The notes under the pieces are model-generated. The model ran no database searches. It saw nothing but the letters and a program-made list of their open reading frames with translations, and had not been told where the DNA came from. A program made the translations under genes and the position numbers. Positions 41,571 through 54,834 of a stretch of DNA of 64,000 nt are shown piece by piece. Positions within the stretch are counted from its first letter, which is position 1. Every line of letters begins with the position of its first letter. Source of the stretch: Azolla caroliniana (lineage: Eukaryota > Plantae > Polypodiophyta). The stretch spans positions 7,440,001 through 7,504,000 of the forward strand of contig JBHGNT010000006.1 of the NCBI GenBank assembly GCA_043228905.1. Reading direction: 5' to 3'.

Positions 41571-41837
41571 TTCTCTCTCTCGTAAATAACGACTTTCAAT
41601 ATGAAAGAAAAAACACCAACATGATTGGTAACTTACAACAAAGTATAGAACTGTATGTTCTAGGGATTTAATTACTAATCCTACTCCTACAACCTCAACC
41701 CCACCCTACACACAAACTCAAATGTCGAATATGATGATATATAACCTTGTAGAGTCCTCTCTCTTCATGGTTGAGATTTCATCACTTCTCTAGCACGAAC
41801 AATTGCCACATAAGAAGTCCTTTCAACTTTACAATGT

Positions 41838-43183
41838 TGTTGTGAAGATTTTCGGCAATGGTGTGAAAATTGCATAAAACATACGAAATCGAGTATGAAT
41901 CGTATAAAACAATAATAGTGAAGATACTAATTTGAAATAAGTTTAATATCTTAGTACAAAAAGATGGAGGTCTTGAAGAGCTTTCGAATGCACTTCACTA
42001 TATAAGAAAACAGACATCTAAGTGTCAAGTTATGTGGGTATGAAGTTTTGCAAAAGAAAAAGAGAAAAATAATATTGTGAAATATCCCACATAGATAGGA
42101 AAAGTATAGGCTCCAGCTATATAAGAAGATTGAGATCCATCATATTTCATCTATGTGTTAAGAGCACATAAGAAATATGTAGTTGGACTTGGGCCACTTT
42201 TGTTTAGATGGACATATGTGGCTAAGTCGCCGGATGTGGCTAAGTGCTTGAACCAGCCGGTGAAGAAACTCAAACCAGTCGATGACAGGACCGGAAACCG
42301 GATGGAGCCGGCAATTGGTGACCAGACGGAATCGGCGACAGTGACGGGAACCGTCGATTGGTGAACGGCATCTAGCGACGGAGCCAGTGAGCCAATTCAG
42401 AACTGGCGAGTGGCGATGGAGCCAGTGAGCCAGTTCAGAGCCGGTGACGGAGTTGGTGAGCCGGCGAAATCGGCAAGCGACTCGGAATGCGGACTGGGCC
42501 GAACCAAACGAATGCAAATCGTACGAATCGGTCGGGTTGGTTGATCGCGGTGCATGGTGTCTTAAAGATATTTGGTCCAACAGCCTAATAGTACTTTGTG
42601 CATAAAAGAAAAAGATGTAAACAAGACTTGAACTTTGCACCTCCAAGATAAGAGGCAATAGACTTACCACTAGGCTATATCATTTCTTTAGAAATGGTTT
42701 TCCTATCATTATAGCTTTACATGTAAATCCTCATATTAGAGCTTGATTGACATGTGATGCATGAACGCCAAATGGCAAACATGCATTGTATGCATGTCTT
42801 GTACCCTCACATGCATCATATGCATGGGAGCATCTATAAAAGGGTGGATAAAAAAGATCAAAAGGGGAGCTTTGTACTTGATATCAAAATTAATATTAAG
42901 AAGAAAATTCGTTATCCAAGCGATGTATTAATCAAGAAATTAAAAGTAAGAAACTTGTTATCCAATTGATGTATCAATCTTGTTCTTGAAATCTAAAGTC
43001 AAGAGTTTAATCTTAACCTCTCTCAATCTATAGGCAATCGTTCTATCTTATCTCAATCTCTCTCTCTTTCAATCTATCTTAATTCCTTTCTCACTAAAGC
43101 TTGTGCAAACTTCGAGTCCTTCCGGTCCAGAACCCCGATGGTTCCTCCTCACGATCCACGCGTAGTGACGGATCTTCACGACA
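41838..43183 (+). mobile_element. Solo LTR (~1.35 kb)
   Basis: 12-bp terminal inverted repeat tgttgtgaagat / atcttcacgaca with one mismatch. Flanks ATGT/ACGT form a 4-bp TSD with one CpG transition. Internal GC-rich repeats at 42375-42465 and TATA-like ctataaaaggg near 42834. Confidence 0.75.
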
Positions 43184-43335
43184 ACGTATTTTCTCACCCC
43201 AATTTGTGAATCAAAAGTGACGACATTCTACATATTCCAATTGAACCATAGCCCCCAATACCTCAAGAACTCAAAATTAATTTGGAAATGAGGCATTGAA
43301 TCACTGTTCAATATGTGCAAAAACCCAATACTCTA

Positions 43336-43337
<2 letters not shown>

Positions 43338-43410
<73 letters not shown>
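43338..43410. repeat. (CT)n microsatellite
   Basis: Perfect run of about 72 bp. Confidence 0.97.
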
Positions 43411-43414
<4 letters not shown>

Positions 43415-43669
43415 TCCTCTTTATTGATACCTACAAAACACTACTCGTACTTTGAATTTTAAATTGTTTCCTTTACCATGTTTCACATCTAATAGACATT
43501 AATGTATCGTTCTTTCTTTGTGCTCTTATTGGTTCAAGTGAGTGAAAAACACTCTCTTTCATATGTTCATTGCATGCAATCCACAAATTATTTCTTCTTT
43601 ATTTGAAAAACACGGAGAACTATTGATGTGACTATTTCAAGTGATCCTATGTACAACAATACCTTAATT

Positions 43670-46600
43670 TGCAGATAAGGTAGCCGAAATGCCCAAGATT
43701 AAGGTGTTGGTTAGAGACATTAAAGAACTACCATCGGAGATTGGAGTCCACACAGAGGACTTTGTCCTAAGGGTGGTGAAGGTTGGTTATGAAGGCTTGC
43801 CGGGTCAATGCTTTGCATGTAAGGAGATGGGCCATATGGCCAAACAGTGCCCTCTGTATGGGAAGGCAAGAGCGGATAGGGGACAGCAAGGCATCAAGTT
43901 GCCGGATTTCCCAAATTCAGGGACGACAGGCCAGATGGTCCTGGTTTACAATGGGAAGCAAGTAGTGAGGGAAAAAGGATGGATATCGCCGAGGAAAGTG
44001 GCCAAGCTTGACCTCCATGGTCTTACCAGCCCACCTACAAGTGGAGGTTCCATTTCGAATAGATTTGACATCCTATCACAAATGGAACCCCAAGAAGGCG
44101 AAATAATTTTAGCAACTCCATTTGATTTACTACCACGAGTTGAGACCCACGAAACACTCGTAGAGCCCTCCGAGGGTCGTGAAAATGGATTTTCATCAGA
44201 CCTGAGAATGGTTAAGGCATGGATCAGGAAAGGGAAGGACAAGGAAAGTGAAGCAGACATTAGGAATACTGAATCACAAAAAATGATCGCACGGATTGAG
44301 GTTGGAAATCCCTTGACTACAGGTGTTGAGTTTGTTATGTTGCTAGAATTGAGGATGCAAGTTATGGAGGTACCCAAGATCGTGGTGAACATTGGTAATC
44401 CAAGGGGAAGAGTGCACGGGTGGACTAGAGCACGGTAGACCGGAGACCGGTTGTTCTTTTGACTTGGAGCCTGATTTGAAAGATGAAAGGGGAGAAGACT
44501 CGTCCTTGAAGTCGTTTTGTAACAGGGCAACATTATGTTTCCAGTACCTTACTTCTGAAAATGAGGTTGTGGGGCTGCAAACATTATGGAAGAGCTCAAC
44601 GATACAAGGGGAGCTTATGGAACTTGCTCAAGATGTTCCAGTGGTTTGCATATGGAAGGTACAGGATCTAGGGCTGAAGCATGGTTTGTTCCACTTCCAT
44701 TGTGCTGAAGTACCCAAGAATCAAGAATGGAAAATAAGTATGGAATGGGAATTTCTATGGCATATGATGGAGACATATTTGTCGAGCATGGGAGATTCCC
44801 CCTTGGCTTTTTTTTGTGAACCCAAGTCAATGAGAATTTGTTCTTGGAATGTGCAGGGACTTGGTGGGTCACAACATCAGCTAGAGAAGCGTTGGTTTAG
44901 GAGAGAGTGGGAAGTTGATGGCCTTTGTAAAACAATTGATATTTTGCTCTTACAAGAGCATCACCTTGGCCGAGAAAGAACATAACTTTTCAAAGACCCG
45001 TTGCCAGGGGATTGGTACACATGGTGGGCTCTTGCTCACGGCGTGTTAGAAAGGAGAGGTTGAGTGTGTATTTCGGTGAGGAAATCAGCGGATATCACCA
45101 TCTTGGATCATGGCCTATTGATCGAAGGTAGGGCCATGTTTTGTTGCCTGGAATGGAGGAATGTAAAATTTGGGGTGATGAATGTCTATACACCTAACAT
45201 TAGCAATGAGAGGACCTCATTTTGGAGACTGCTGGCAAACAAAATTCCCTGCTTCGACAATTGGATAGTGGCGGGGGATTTTAACATGATAAAGAGAATG
45301 GAAGATTATCTTGGGTCTCATTCGAACTTGCTACAAGTGGAGGAGCTTAGAGCGTGGGGTTTCTTAATTTCTATGTTGGGAATCTGGGATCCATGGTATT
45401 CTAGTATGGCGGTTGAGGCGAATTCCTTAAGGTTCTCACGATTTGGTTGGAAAGAGAGTGAAGGATGTCACTCTAGATTGGACCGCATCTATGTGAGCCC
45501 CAGGATAGAGGAATGAAGTGGCTACTCATCCATTCTAGCTGGTTTTACATATTCGGATCACCTTCCAGTATCCTTGACTATCGATCCTATTTATAAGAAG
45601 AAGAGTGAGAGCAATTTGAGGATTCCTCTGAAGATTTTTGGTATCCAGAAGGTTAAGGATGCAATGAATAACACTTGGATGGCATCCCCATCAGCCCACG
45701 ACCCGGTACAGATATTGGAGGAAAAGATTATTAATTCTTCTTTGGTTCTTCAAAAAGTGGCTAGGGAGGAGCCGGTAAGGTGTCAATACCATCTGCAACG
45801 CATGAGGAAGGCAATCATCTCAGCTCAAAAGCTCACACAAGTGGACCCATGTTGTGGTTGGACAAAAGACAGGCTGCATGAGGCCATTAGGGTGTTGCAG
45901 GAGGTTAGACAACAACATGAGCAATTCCTCTTCAAAAAGTCGGCAACATGGTGGGTTGTCAAGGGAGATAAAGTTAACAGGGAGTTTTTCCTTACCAAGA
46001 CTCCGAAACGGAGAGGAATGCATATTCACAGTCTCAAACGGGAGGATCATTCAATGACATTTGATCAAGAGGAAATCTTGCAAATTGCGACTAATTACTA
46101 CAGAGGCCCTTTGGCTCCAACGTTGACAAACGACCCTCTGAGTAACCTGATGCATGATGTAATTACATGCTTGAAGACCAGGATTGGAGAGGCAGCTAAA
46201 GCGCAGTTGTCAGCCATAGAGGAGGAAGAGATTGTAGCGGGGCTAGACAAGATACATAGTATGTCTTGTCCTGGTGCTTACAGCCTTCCCAAAGCCTTCT
46301 TCAAGGAGTTTTGGGAGAAAAATTTTCCAAGCTTCGAAGCTGGACTACAAGAGATGTGGAGAACGAGACGAATGCCGAGCAGCTTCAATGAAGGCTTGAT
46401 CTACTTGATTCCGAAATCGAAGACTACGTTGCACGATATTAGACAATGGAGGCCCATTACAATTTTAAATCTAATTTATAAAAAAATTGCTAACATACTA
46501 GTGCAAAGAATCAAGCCCTTCCTAGGAGATATCATCCAGTCCAATCAAACCGGTTTCGTGGAGCATCGATCTATTATGGACAACGTGATTTTGTTTTGGG

Positions 46601-49345
46601 AGGTTGTTGCAACAACGAGGGAGACCAATCAAAACTTAGCATGTCTAATGTTGGACTTCGAGAAACCCTATGATCGAGTGCAATGGTCTTTCCTGGAAGA
46701 AGTGATGAAGGTCATTGAGCTACCATTGTAATGGAGGTGTGCTGCCCAAGCCTTATATAGGAATGGCTCGAGTAAGGTGTTGATTGCAGGGAGGAAAGGA
46801 GCTCGAATCTTTCTAACTCAATCCATCAGGCAGGGTTGTCCTCTTGCCCCCTTTCTATTCCTTTTTATTATTGAATCAATGTCTGCCTTTTTTAATAGTC
46901 AAGGGGCAAATCTTCATGGTCTTTCGATCCCTAACTCAAGGAAGTCCCTGCTGGACTCAGAGTTTGCAAATGATACGATTTTATACCTCCAAGGAAATGA
47001 AGTGAATCTTTAGTGGGCACATAGTGCTATTGATCTCTTTTGCAAAGCATCGGGAGCCTCCATCAATTGGAATAAGTCCAAGGGTTTCTGGATCAGCTCG
47101 GAGTCTGAGCTTGTTTGGAAGCCAAATGCTAAATTCAAATGGATTGCAAACGGGGAAGCCACTAGGTATATGGGAACATGGATTGGTGTAGATATCGACA
47201 AAGGAATTCAGTTGCAACAAATTCAAAGTAAAATATGTGAAAAAATTCGCAATTGGTCAGGGATGAACTTATCATTGGCTGGCAGGATCATAGTAGCTAA
47301 CCTTGTGCTCTTGTCTATGTTATGGCATGCAATTTCAGTGTGGATGTTTGACAAGCAAGCTATTCGTACTGTTAAAGTGTGTATTAGGGGATTCCTATGG
47401 GTTGGGATCAAGAAAGACAATGCGGCAGCCAAAGTATCATGGTCTACGTTGGTTCTTCCCAAGAGTAAGGGGGGTTTAGGATTGATTGACCCTAGATTGC
47501 ATAGTCAGGCATTGTTATGTAAGGTATTGGTAAGGAGCTTGCTACCCGGTAACGAGTTATGGAAAACATTGATACATAATAGGAGCATTCTCTGGAGTCC
47601 AAGACTGGGTGGGCAATGGAAGTCACACAAAGCATGGCTTTTTTGTATGGACTTAAAGTTGAGGAAATCTAACCGGTTGGCCGATCGTACTTGTATGTCA
47701 GTGATGCGGGCGTGGAGTATGCTCCGTGGGCATCTAAGTCGGAATCGTCCAAGTATTAGTGTTGAATGGATGCGCCAACCCCTATTGTGGAACGAGACCG
47801 TACAATCGCCAGAGGGAAAGATGCTTGGACAGAGCAAGCGTATGTCGTGGGCTATATTGTATTGTCTAGGGATTCACTTAGTGGCAGATTGGATGCGGTT
47901 GTCCGGCAGTAATCGTGATAAATTATATGAAGACGTGGGAAAGGTCAGAAATGGCAAAAAGATGCTTGACCTAGTCAATACAGTTGTCTACTCGCTTCCT
48001 ATTGGTAATGAGGAAGACGGTGAATGGTCTGGACAATCTGATGATTCCAGAAAAATTATCAATGTCAGGGGTCTAGGAAAGAATGGGAAGATCGTCCAGT
48101 GGGATCAATAGATGAAAGTGCATGTTGGTACCCAATTAGAATTGTGGCAAGAGACGGAAAGAAATGGAAGGTGAATCCACCAGTCGAAGAGGTTGAGGAG
48201 GACTGGATCTTGTACGTGGTTGAAGGCAAGCCTCTCGAGTGATTAGAATGGGACCCCGTTGAATATACATGGAGGGGAGAACTAGATAAATCATTAGGTT
48301 TCTTCAAATACTCGAGGCGCTTGGGGAGAAAGTTAGATTGGTATCATGAGAAGTGTGCTAACAAGTGGGCCCATGTAGTTGTTGATTCAGTCTTCGTGGA
48401 TAGAACTAAGAGCACGATATGGAACTCATCCCTTCCCAAGTGGGTCGAAGTGTTTTTCTAGTTAATCACCCATCGAGTTGTTCCAACGGGAGAGTGGTTT
48501 GGGAATAGAGATGGCATGAGTAGTTGCAAGGCCTGCAGTGCGAGCTTGGAGGACATCGCACATTGTTTGTGGTGTTGCCCACGAGCCCAAGAAATTTGGT
48601 TGAGGAGCTTAAGAATCTTGGCTCGGTTCGGGGTTGAGGTTCATGTATCAAGCGCAGCAGTCACTTGGTTGGTCACTGAATCGGCTTCGTGGTTTCAAGG
48701 GTGGAATGGAAATAGTCCTTCTTTAAAGGTGATGCAAGGAACTATACAACCAGCGCAAGGAGGTTCATTCTTCTTACATGAACGCTACGTGGACATATGG
48801 TTATTAGTGGTCGGCCTTACGGTTTGGCAAGTGTGGGTATCTAGGTGCAAGGAGACTTTCGCAGGTAAGCGAACCCCACCGGCTGAGAATTTAATGATGA
48901 TTTGGTTTGACCTTATTTCTACGTTACGAGGAGAGTTTGAAAGTCTTTAAGGGCTCTCTGACGCAACTGAAGAAGCTAGAGCTCGGTTCCTTCTGAAATG
49001 GACCGGTTCGTCAATGCTGCAGATGGTGGATGGTAAAGCGAAGTGGAATTATCAACCACCACGGTGGTTGTTCCCTCCGAGCGTACCTAACATCTAGATG
49101 GGTGCTGCCATGAGAAGTGAATGGAGGACGTCTATGCTGAATTCGGGTTGTATGAGGCTCACATGGAGAGTATGCGTTCGGGTAATGCTATGCGCATCGA
49201 ATGATGTGGTGTTTTGGAGTTGTTTTTGTTGTTTCCTCTACACATTGTTTTCTTTTGACATTCAAGATGGCTTGTAAGATATGAGTTGTAAATTATCCTA
49301 TGTACATTGCCTTAACTAATGGAAGTAGTTTTTTTTTGGAAAAAA
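43670..49345 (+). mobile_element. Nearly complete inactive L1-clade LINE: ORF1 3' part (CCHC knuckle) and ORF2 from 44830 to ~49097 (APE, RT, zf-RVT)
   Basis: CFACKEMGHMAKQC; SWNVQGL, LQE, GDFN, SRLDR, SDH; WRPITILN, QTGF, LDFEKPYD, IRQGCPLAP, FAND (mutated FADD), GGLGL; CKAC...EDIAHCLWCCP. Several in-frame stops. Confidence 0.95.
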
Positions 49346-50673
49346 CTTACAAATATAAAGTGATCCTACAAGTATAACTTACAAATATAAACAATATACA
49401 TTCACCTCCCAAAAAAGGGACTACGTCATAAGTTTCAGTAAACTATCACACCCCACAAATTACTCCAAATTAAAATGAGGTTAGTACAAAGTTTTCAATA
49501 AATTAGGTGAACCCCACCTTATGTGATCACATCTACCAATTTCCTATACGCATTTTGCATTTGATCTAAAAATAAGCCAACCATGTCGGCTAAGATGATT
49601 TCGTACCTTCCTTGAATCTACTAAATAATTGAGTTTTTGTGGTTAACTGTTTGTATAAAGAACCAAGTGCATTATCATTGATCATTTAGAATACGGTTCT
49701 GTGATTCCATTAGTATTCTAGCATTGCAATAACTCAATTTTTTGGTTTATTATGCATCTCCAAAACTCCGCTTGCAAAAAAATGGTCCACACAAATCTTC
49801 CTTACAAGAAAATTTGTGTCTTACATCATGCTTTGTTTCAGAATAAATATAGAGAATGTTTCACCTAAGAGTACGTCTAACCATTTTCTTTGCCCAATAA
49901 AATTGTGAAAAACTCAAGATAATTTGCAATTGAAAAATAAAAGGGAAGCAACCACTACATGGCTTGATGGCTTTCACGTGTACACTTGAGTGTACCAATG
50001 AATCAATTGACAAGAAGTATCCACTCAAGTTTCCCATGGCGTCATCCTCGTCTGTTATAGTCTTTGTATTCAAACCATGGTACAAATTTCCATTTTTATT
50101 ATCAATCGACTCACTATGAATTTCTTATGACATTTTGATTGCCATTTAAGTAGAACTCAAGTGATGATATGAGATTGCACTTTGATTGCACCGAATTAAG
50201 CTAAAATAATAAGTTTATTTTTAGAACATTATGATTGCACTTTGATTGGCACTTTCATGTTAGTACCAAGATTATCTAACTAATTAAGCTAATATACCAA
50301 GTGTCTTTTTAGAATGTTAGGTGCCATAGACAAATTGTCATTACATACTAAAGATGATTAGTTACACTAAATAGCACAAGGCTAGAGAAAGTCACACTTA
50401 GAAAATTCCAAGAGATTGGCTAGTTTGTAGACCAACAACTCTTTGAACTCCCCAACTAGCAATGGAGGTTCGATACAAACTTTGAACCCAAACTAAAGCC
50501 TAATTCTCTGTTTTATATGTAATTTTCTATAAGGCAAATTTCGATTTCTAGCATTTCTTGTTTTAGGTAGTTTATGCATGCCATCAACCACAAACACTTC
50601 GTTCTTAAGTACTATGGATGATTCATGGTTAGATATTAAAAAGGATTTATAACAAAATGAACATTTCTACGAA

Positions 50674-50895
50674 GTGACCATTATTGGCTCAATTAGGCTT
50701 ATTCCTAAAATCCTTTGGTTCATTTGTGTACCAAGGTAGGCAGTGAACTTACGAGCTACAAAATGACCATTATTGGCTCAATTAGGCTTATAGCTAAAGT
50801 ACTTTGGTCCATTTAGTGTATCAAGGTAGGTTTTGAACTTATGAGCTACAAAATGACCATTATTGGCTCAATTGGGCTTCTTGCTAAAGTACTTT
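50674..50895 (+). repeat. ~90-bp tandem repeat (about 2.5 copies)
   Basis: tgaccattattggctcaattaggctta recurs at ~50675, 50764 and 50854. Confidence 0.85.
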
Positions 50896-51419
50896 CTCTT
50901 GGCAACTTGCACTTACTGCCCCATCTCTGACTTCTCCTTATTTACTCTTGCATCTACTCTCACTAGAACATTTCACACCCTCACTCCCACGCTCTAAAGA
51001 AGAATCGCCTCCACTAAGGGTAATCCATCTTCAAACCTCTAGGGACATGTCATCACTCTCACCAGACAAAAAGGGGCAATGCATATGTATATATGTTTGC
51101 ATGCAATGCTTTCATGGAAGTGAAAATATATGACGTGCCCCAACTATTTGTCTGTGATATCATGGTGGCATGAATTTACTTTGGAGAACAGATTGGTGGT
51201 ATAAAACATGCTTGATAAATGATGACAAATTAGTGATATCTGATGCGAAGAAGGCTGCAATTTCCAGCTAACAAACCAATAAATCTGTCAAGAAAAGTCA
51301 AGTTCAAAGGAACACACACACACACACACACTTCCCATCCTCAGAATTATATGGTATCCTAGCAGCTCCAGTTTCCAATTTTGCGCAAGTTGGAAATCAG
51401 TGGTTAAAGTTCAAGTGAG

Positions 51420-51745
51420 TGAAAGCTTTCACCTCATAGGTCCACTTTTTCCATCCCCAAGAATACTAACATGATATTCCAATCTTTGTTTGATATTGGC
51501 ATTTCTATATTTTTGTATCAGGGATGTGGAGAGATGGCATCATCACAAATATGCATGTTGTTGGCTATATGTACGTATACGTGTGCTTTGAAGTGTATTG
51601 ATAAGAAGATATGCAGTATCCAAATTCTCACCAGGGTCACATAGCACATCATCTTTCTTAGAAATGGTCTGTGACACTCGGTATGATAGCTTGTAACCAA
51701 GTTCTTCTAGCTTGGTGCAAATAGACTTGCCTCAAAGATTATCTT
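51420..51745 (-). pseudogene. Decayed E+/DYW deaminase domain remnant downstream of the PPR stop codon
   Basis: Minus strand gives KKDDVLCDPGENLDTAYLLINTLQSTRI, then after a frameshift HIANNMHICDD[CH]. This aligns by eye to DYW LCxHSEKLAIA..LI.TP....I..KN..C.DCH. Confidence 0.7.
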
Positions 51746-54127
51746 TCACACGGCAACTGTAAATGTATGCATGTTTCTATTGTCACTGATCCACCGGCAA
51801 TCTCCAGATATCTTAAATGCCCCATTTTCCATTCCAAGAGCTTCAACTTTATCTGCTTCCTTTTGCAATCCAGCAGCTGCATATATGTTACTCATACAGA
51901 TGTAAATGGCAGCATTCTTTTCATTCAATTGTTTTGAATGCTCAAAGGCCCATCTCCCAAGCTCCACATTGTGCCATTTTTGGCAAGCACCTAAAAACGC
52001 CAGCCACAGTTGGAAACGATCAGAATGTGGGGCCCTGTTTATCTCAATTACAGCCTTGTCAAAATGCCCTGCACGGCTGAAAAGATCAACCATACAAGTG
52101 TAATGTTCAGAAGTTGGTGAAACCAAATAGATATTGGTCATTGTATTAAAGTAACCTTGCCCCTCCTCCACTAAACCAGCGTGATTGCATGCGTTTAGTA
52201 AAGCAACAAATGTGATTGCATCTGGTGTTATACCTTCTCCTATCATCCTTTTGAATGTGAGAAAAACTCTTTGGATTTGGCCGAGTTGAGCGTATCCTGT
52301 AATGAGTGCTGTCCAGGAGACAGCATCTCGTATTGAAAGTTGCTGGAACACTTCTTCTGCCTTTCCCAGTACACCACATTTGGCATACATGTCCATCAAT
52401 GCAGTGATGAGGAGACTGTTATTTTCCAATAAACCTGCCTTGCTGGCCTCAGTGTGCATCTTGTCTCCCATCTCAACTGATCCTAGGTTCCCACAGGCTT
52501 TCAAAAGGTGAGTGAAGGTAATTGCATTCGGTGACAGACCTGCTTCTCGCATCTTTACAAAGCAATTTAAGCAGTCATCATCGAGTCCATAAAAGGAGTA
52601 TCCAGAGATGAGTGCATTCCAGGAAGCAACGGTGCGAATTGAAAGCTTATCAAACACTTCCTGTGCTTTTGCAAGTGCACCACACTTGGCATACATGTCT
52701 ACTAATGCAGTTCCAAGCATAATTGGATTTTTATCCAATAAACCTTGCTTGCCAATCTCATTATATATCTCTTCTCCTTTCTCCAATGATCCTATGCTAC
52801 TACAAGCTTTCAAAGTGCACGCAAATGTGATTGTATCTGGAAAGATGCCCTCATCTTGCATTCTCTGAAAACAATCCAAAGCTTCATCATTGTGTCCACC
52901 TTGTACATATCCTGCAATCAGTGCATTCCATGAGATAACATTCCTCATTGGAAGCGCGTCAAACAACTCGCGTGCTCTGGCAAGCAAATTACACTTAGCA
53001 TACAGATCTACCAATGCATTCCCCACAATTATATTGTCTTTTAGTAACCCTTGCTGTCTCACCTCAGCATGGATCTCTTCCCCCTTCTCAACCAATCCCA
53101 AACTGCCACATGCTTTCAATATAATAGAATAAGTGACTGCATTGGGGGAGAAACCCTCATTTTGCATCCTTGCAAAGCAATTCAGAGCTTCATTACTAAG
53201 CCCATGCTGAGCATATCCAGTTATCAGGGCATTCCATGTAACAACATTTCGTACAGGAAGCTCATCGAACACTTGTTGTGCGTTGTTGAGCATGCCACAT
53301 TTAGCATACATGTCAACCAAGGATGTGCCAAGAATGATCCCTTTATTCAATAATCCCTGCTTTCTGATCTCAGCATGTATTTGTTCTCCCTTCTCAATAG
53401 CTCCAATGCTGCCACAAGCTTTCAGAATACAAGCAAACGTGACAGAATCTGGAGAAAGACCGTCATCGAGCATCTCATTAAAGCACTCCAAGGCTTTGCT
53501 AGCAAAGCCACATTGAACATATCCAGATATCAGTACATTCCAGGTGATAACATCTCGCCTTCGAAGCTCTCGAAAGACTTCTAGTGCCTTCACAAGCATA
53601 CCAAATTTCGCATACATATCCACCAATGCATTACCAACAACAATGCTATCCTTTAACAATCCCCGCTTAATAACCTCAGTATGTATCTGTTCACCCTGCT
53701 TCACTAATCTCATACTGCTGCAAGCTTTCAAAATGCAAGCAAATGTAACTGCATTTGGAGAGAGACCCTGAGCTTGCATCCTTGCCAACAAAGTGAAAGC
53801 TTCCTTGCCATGGCCATTGAGGACATAGCCGGATATTAAAGAATTCCAACAGACTACACTTTGCACACGAAGCCCATTGAAGATCTCATGTGCTTTTGCC
53901 ATATTTCCACATTTAGCATATGCACTGATAAGGGCAGTGCTGATATAAATGTCATTTGAAACTGAACTTGTTTGAAGGATATCAGCATGTATAATGTTGA
54001 TTTTCTGCAAATCCTTTTGTTTGCCATAGGACTTTATCAAGTTTAAAAGAGCTACTTGTTGTGGATCTTGATTCCATCTCTTGTTCACAACAATATTTTC
54101 TTTGATTGTACAGCAAGGGGAATCCAT
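51746..54127 (-). CDS. PLS-class pentatricopeptide repeat protein with E domain (793 aa, single coding exon), a likely organellar RNA-editing specificity factor
   Basis: Repeated P-L-S triplets (WNALI.GY / FACILKAC / GNALVDMYAKCG), HYTCMVDLFSRAG, E1/E2 motifs and a PG-box-like GDCRWI. Confidence 0.95.
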   Translation of the reverse strand: MDSPCCTIKENIVVNKRWNQDPQQVALLNLIKSYGKQKDLQKINIIHADILQTSSVSNDIYISTALISAYAKCGNMAKAHEIFNGLRVQSVVCWNSLISGYVLNGHGKEAFTLLARMQAQGLSPNAVTFACILKACSSMRLVKQGEQIHTEVIKRGLLKDSIVVGNALVDMYAKFGMLVKALEVFRELRRRDVITWNVLISGYVQCGFASKALECFNEMLDDGLSPDSVTFACILKACGSIGAIEKGEQIHAEIRKQGLLNKGIILGTSLVDMYAKCGMLNNAQQVFDELPVRNVVTWNALITGYAQHGLSNEALNCFARMQNEGFSPNAVTYSIILKACGSLGLVEKGEEIHAEVRQQGLLKDNIIVGNALVDLYAKCNLLARARELFDALPMRNVISWNALIAGYVQGGHNDEALDCFQRMQDEGIFPDTITFACTLKACSSIGSLEKGEEIYNEIGKQGLLDKNPIMLGTALVDMYAKCGALAKAQEVFDKLSIRTVASWNALISGYSFYGLDDDCLNCFVKMREAGLSPNAITFTHLLKACGNLGSVEMGDKMHTEASKAGLLENNSLLITALMDMYAKCGVLGKAEEVFQQLSIRDAVSWTALITGYAQLGQIQRVFLTFKRMIGEGITPDAITFVALLNACNHAGLVEEGQGYFNTMTNIYLVSPTSEHYTCMVDLFSRAGHFDKAVIEINRAPHSDRFQLWLAFLGACQKWHNVELGRWAFEHSKQLNEKNAAIYICMSNIYAAAGLQKEADKVEALGMENGAFKISGDCRWISDNRNMHTFTVAV

Positions 54128-54273
54128 AGACTAATGATATCATCAAAACCTACACATTTCTGGTAAATCGGTTGTTCTCTTCTTAAATCTTCATTTTCAA
54201 TCTAAATTTGACTGTGAACCGAACTTCACTCATAAGGAAGATTTTCCCATGTCATTCATCAATGCTTTTCTGT

Positions 54274-54390
54274 ATCCCTTCCTACTCATTCTGTTGAAAG
54301 TTGTCTTATCCCTTCCCATTCATACTCATTCTGTTGAAAGTTGTCTTATCCTTTCCTATTCATACTCATTCTGCTGAAAGTTGTCTTTTC
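54274..54390 (+). repeat. ~39-bp tandem repeat, three copies, upstream of the PPR ORF
   Basis: atcccttcc...tactcattctgttgaaagttgtctt repeated. Confidence 0.85.
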
Positions 54391-54834
54391 TCAATCATTA
54401 TATCTCCCTTTGCTACCTTTCACTGTAATTGGGGCAGAATATCCAAATTCATCTGTGCTTTCCTCAATCTCAGCATACCCGTGAGTATGATCATAACAAG
54501 AATTTGAACAATGGAACCTTATCCTGCTCGCCCAAACATTTTGTCTACCTCACAACAAATGTGTTTTGCCCACTTTATTTAATACTTGAAGATTTTCCAA
54601 AGGTTGGTTCCATGTTGTCATCATTCAAAATGACCAAAGAAATGTTGGTTCCGTGTCCTTAAAGATAACCAAAGAAAGGTTGGATGCCCATCAGAGCTAG
54701 ATGGAACCCATTCAATGTACATAAATCACTCCAATGATTCCATCCCCAGCAATACAGGACTATCTGACGGAAAGAAAAATTAATAAAGATTGAAACTGCC
54801 GTGAAAAGGAAACCATTTCAAGCAACATGTTAAC

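Noticed and set aside
44983-48111. In-frame stops in L1 ORF2 as RNA-editing or readthrough sites
   Set aside because: The RT catalytic motif is also mutated (FAND) and a frameshift follows. Ordinary decay explains the stops, and U-to-C stop removal is known from organelles, not nuclear TEs.
51817-53771. Multiple repetitive plus-strand ORFs
   Set aside because: They are antisense shadows of the PPR repeats.
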